Shown: positions 43,075-45,835 of the stretch, in pieces | How positions within the stretch are numbered: position 1 is the first letter of the stretch | How the letters are laid out: the number at the start of each line of letters is the position of its first letter | Source of the DNA: a virus | Lineage: Duplodnaviria; Caudoviricetes | Strand: one strand, 5' to 3' | Length of the DNA: 45,835 bases | Virus record (IMG/VR): IMGVR_UViG_3300048854_000053 | Coordinates: 1 to 45,835 of that record | Translations under genes and position numbers: made by a program | The notes under the pieces: model-generated | Seen by the model: only the letters and a program-made list of their open reading frames with translations | Told to the model about the DNA's origin: nothing | The model's database searches: none

Positions 43075-44105
43075 TAATTCGGCTCCATGATTTGCTTCGG
43101 GCGATAGGGTGAGGTCTCGTAAAACGGCATGGGATCAAACCCGAGACCCTGCAGATACGGGTCTTCGATCTCTTTCGAGGTCCATCGCGTATCAACGTAA
43201 GGAGGGCATTCTGCCTCGCTGATGCCGTTCGGGTAGCCGGGCCACCAGTTGTCGGCCATGCACTTGCGCCACAGCAGGAAGGCCGCGCTGACCATCTTCT
43301 CGCCGATCAACCGGCCGGCGGCGTCGACACGCTTGACGGTGACCTCGAACGGCGGCGTCTGTTCCTGCATGATGAACAGAAAGTCGAGGCGCATTTCGTG
43401 CCGGTCGATCTCAGGGAACAGCGCGCGGATGCCGCGGCGATAGAACCCATCCTGAAAATGGTAATTGTTGTTGTAGATCGTCTTGGTCGCCGAGTTAGGC
43501 TCGACGCTCAACTCGGTGGTCTTGTAATCGAGGATCGTCACACGCGGCCCGGTGATGCTGATGCGGTCCATGCGGGCGCGTGCCCACAGGTCGCCGCAAC
43601 GATCCTTCCACACAGCCGTCACCTCGTTATAGGTCACCTCGTCGCCTGGATCAGCCAGAGCGCGCAAGGCTGGATGCTCCTCGCCTCGCAACTCGGCGCG
43701 GGCCTTGGTGACCATCTTATTGACGGTCGCGAAATCCTTGGTGAGTAGAGCGATTGCGCCGTTTTCCTGTGCTGCCGCACGCTCTTCCTGCGCCGCCTTC
43801 TTCTTGAAGTCCTTGTAATCGAGGACGGCAATCTCGGTCGGCTGGCCCAACAACAGCGCGTGGGCGGCAGATCCGATATCGCGCACACGGCTGTTCTTCT
43901 CCTCTACCTCTTCCTCGTCAGGCGTCGTCAGTCGCGGGTGAGCGGCGAACGCATGGCGCGGGGATTCGAGGATCAGCGTCTCGGCGATCGATCGGCTGAG
44001 GCTGGGCGTCGGCAGCGTGTCGGCGTGATAGGACGCTTCCGACATGCGGTATAGGCCGGGGGCTGTGGGGGCTTCGGAGGTGATAAGCTGGCTCAAGTCG
44101 GACAT
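43074..44105 (-). CDS. RecE/ExoVIII-like PD-(D/E)XK exonuclease
   Basis: YHA..SLSRS, GSAAHALLL, RARMDRI..ILDYKTT, YHFQDGFY. Confidence 0.88.
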   Translation of the reverse strand: MSDLSQLITSEAPTAPGLYRMSEASYHADTLPTPSLSRSIAETLILESPRHAFAAHPRLTTPDEEEVEEKNSRVRDIGSAAHALLLGQPTEIAVLDYKDFKKKAAQEERAAAQENGAIALLTKDFATVNKMVTKARAELRGEEHPALRALADPGDEVTYNEVTAVWKDRCGDLWARARMDRISITGPRVTILDYKTTELSVEPNSATKTIYNNNYHFQDGFYRRGIRALFPEIDRHEMRLDFLFIMQEQTPPFEVTVKRVDAAGRLIGEKMVSAAFLLWRKCMADNWWPGYPNGISEAECPPYVDTRWTSKEIEDPYLQGLGFDPMPFYETSPYRPKQIMEPN

Positions 44106-44162
44106 CCTTCGATCATATTCGATATCCTCCTCATTGAAGGGAGGATGCCGAAGACGATCTGA

Positions 44163-44330
44163 CTAAATCTCATCATCCGTGACCCACCTATCTAGGGACC
44201 GTCCTGACCGAAAAAATCTGATGCGGTAGAGCCCATGGACGTTGAAATCGACTTCGATGATCTCGCCCTCGCCGTAGTGGTTGTGGTGAACCATGTCCCC
44301 CTTGCTAAAGCGCTGTTCCTTGCTAGCCAT
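44163..44330 (-). CDS. 55-aa SH3/Tudor-like protein (not in ORF track)
   Basis: MASKEQRFSKGDMVHHNHYGEGEIIEVDFNVHGLYRIRFFRSGRSLDRWVTDDEI; GAGGA RBS. Confidence 0.65.
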   Translation of the reverse strand: MASKEQRFSKGDMVHHNHYGEGEIIEVDFNVHGLYRIRFFRSGRSLDRWVTDDEI

Positions 44331-44362
44331 CGTTCTCATCCTCTGTTTTGGTTCGTGGGGGC

Positions 44363-44581
44363 TTAGGCTGCGACGAGCGCGTATGCCTCAAGCCATTCGA
44401 TTGCTGTATCGATATCCGGCATGTAGCCGGGCGCTGCCATGCCCTGAAATGCGGGGATGAAGCCTTTGGTGGCCTTGAAGATGATGCCGGTGCTGCGGCC
44501 GATCTCGACGGCGCGGATAGCGGTGGCGCCGGCATCCTTGTTTGCCGGATGCGCGGCAAGTGCGATGGCGGAGACGGTCAT
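44363..44581 (-). CDS. Hypothetical protein
   Basis: ATGA coupling. Confidence 0.65.
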   Translation of the reverse strand: MTVSAIALAAHPANKDAGATAIRAVEIGRSTGIIFKATKGFIPAFQGMAAPGYMPDIDTAIEWLEAYALVAA

Positions 44582-44847
44582 GCTTCACCGCCAAGCTGGC
44601 GCGCTTTGATCATCGCGTCGGCGGCGATGTATGCGGCCTTCGCAACATTCAGCCAGTGGGCGAAGATCGCGTCATCTTCGTCCATGCCATCGATCGGCTC
44701 CACAGGATCGCCCGGCCCTACCCACGCGCCAGCCAAGCACTGACCAGCGAAATAATCCCGCAACGTCATGCCGGGCTGGACGATGACGCCAGCCGCCTGA
44801 TTGCCGCAGTGGGCGAATGCGGCTCCTCCGTCGTTGGGCGCGCTCAT
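44578..44847 (-). CDS. Conserved phage protein (DGGAAF..GMTLRDYFA..ADAMI)
   Basis: Motifs; coupling. Confidence 0.8.
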   Translation of the reverse strand: MSAPNDGGAAFAHCGNQAAGVIVQPGMTLRDYFAGQCLAGAWVGPGDPVEPIDGMDEDDAIFAHWLNVAKAAYIAADAMIKARQLGGEA

Positions 44848-45263
44848 GCTGCACCCCCAAACGCATACTCAAGGCGGGACTTTTCGTTGTGACCGCCCCA
44901 AGCCGCATCATCCCGGCGACGCTCGCGCTCATAGTCGGGGTCCGGCTGGCTGGCCTCTTCGACCGCAGTCGCCCACTCGCCCTCGGCGGCACGCCCCAAA
45001 GACGTTTTCGAGTTGTAAATCACGTCGCAGATGCGGTTGAACATCTCGCCCTCGAAGGGCATGGCGTGGCCGCTCGGGGTCTTCGGCGGGTAGAGCATCG
45101 CGCCGCTATCGAGCCGTATCGAGGTGACGACAAAGCCGTCCTCGACGCTGGGGCCGTTCGACTTCAAGACGGCGCGGCCATAGACGAGGACGCTGGTGTC
45201 GTAGGTGCCGCAGATCTTGACCGGCAGCTCGTCGAACAGGAATTCATGGGTGAGATCGCGCAT
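44844..45263 (-). CDS. Hypothetical protein
   Basis: GAGGG RBS before ATG 45263. Confidence 0.7.
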   Translation of the reverse strand: MRDLTHEFLFDELPVKICGTYDTSVLVYGRAVLKSNGPSVEDGFVVTSIRLDSGAMLYPPKTPSGHAMPFEGEMFNRICDVIYNSKTSLGRAAEGEWATAVEEASQPDPDYERERRRDDAAWGGHNEKSRLEYAFGGAA

Positions 45264-45267
45264 CGGC

Positions 45268-45702
45268 TCAGACCCTCGCCACGATCTGTTCGGCCCGCTC
45301 GACGCGACCGAAGCCAACGGTGGCGCTTGCCGAGATGGCAAGGATGCCGAGAGCAATGATGCAGGCGAAGAGCAGCACGTCATTGACGCGGACTGCCAAG
45401 GCCTTCATCGTTTCGCCCGTCAGAAAGCGAGCCCTATCGGCCGCTGGTGTGGGGCGCGTTTCATGCTCAAAATTGTCGAGGCCTTCGGAGAGGCCATGCT
45501 TTTCGCACCAATCACGCTGGCGGCGCTCTTCGTCGGCGCGCTCGGCCTGCCGATAGGGCTCTACCTGATCAATGAAAGCCGAGAGAGCCGATGGCGCGAT
45601 AAAGCGTCCGCCCTGGCTGGCGTTCTGATGATCATTGCCGCCGCTGCCTGCGCGGCAGGACTTCGATATTTCGGGATGATTTGATCGAGTGAGAATATGC
45701 AT
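45268..45702 (-). CDS. First PL gene, hypothetical with C-terminal TM
   Basis: AAGGAG RBS 6 nt upstream of ATG. Confidence 0.65.
   Translation of the reverse strand: MHILTRSNHPEISKSCRAGSGGNDHQNASQGGRFIAPSALSAFIDQVEPYRQAERADEERRQRDWCEKHGLSEGLDNFEHETRPTPAADRARFLTGETMKALAVRVNDVLLFACIIALGILAISASATVGFGRVERAEQIVARV
45496..45684 (+). CDS. Possible antisense 2-TM protein
   Basis: GGAGAGG RBS, 62 aa, two hydrophobic helices; nested opposite another ORF. Confidence 0.35.
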   Translation: MLFAPITLAALFVGALGLPIGLYLINESRESRWRDKASALAGVLMIIAAAACAAGLRYFGMI

Positions 45703-45708
45703 GGCGTT

Positions 45709-45835
45709 CTCCTTTGATGTAAGGAGACTATGGGAAACTCATAGATGCGTCAATCGGAAATATGAGAAAGTCATAGATAAATAGTCGAAAGTCATAAACC
45801 GGGGTGAATCAAATTTGACGCAACGGCTTAATTTG
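45709..45835 (+). repeat. 127-bp exact terminal direct repeat, copy 2
   Basis: Identical to 1-127. Confidence 0.95.

Larger units (their letters stand above)
1..45835. mobile_element. Complete temperate podovirus-type phage genome, circular/excised form
   Basis: Terminal overlap, full immunity, replication, packaging, virion, lysis and integration modules, unsplit attP, no host genes. Confidence 0.95.

Overview
The window is a complete, circular temperate phage genome of about 45,708 bp; bases 1-127 recur exactly at 45709-45835, which looks like an assembly overlap. The host is inferred to be an alphaproteobacterium, probably Rhizobiaceae-like, from a GcrA homologue, a GTTC-N7-GTTC LexA box and the tRNA-Arg attP core. 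The early region is lambdoid: cI/cro switch with OL and OR operators, RusA, an O-like initiator with an internal iteron origin, RecE-like exonuclease, AAA ATPase, Lar, three DNA methyltransferases, xis, int and an intact attP. The late region is podovirus-type (T7/BPP-1-like): TerS, TerL, portal, scaffold, capsid, tail tubular A/B, four probable ejection proteins, tailspike, GH108 endolysin and spanins. No DNA or RNA polymerase was recognised. The main observations are: (1) six copies of an extended late-promoter element ACCTGTGCTTTGC at near-fixed distance from a -10 box, two apparently leaderless; (2) a peptidase-less repressor overlapped antisense by a LexA-boxed small ORF that resembles the repressor's own C-terminal helix, a candidate mimic antirepressor; (3) an acyltransferase-3, a probably virion-displayed SGNH esterase and a beta-helix tailspike, suggesting writing and erasing of a surface acyl mark; (4) an HNH gene that carries the original 5' end of the downstream ATPase gene, which has a synonymously recoded copy. 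All product calls come from motif recognition by eye; no database search was run.
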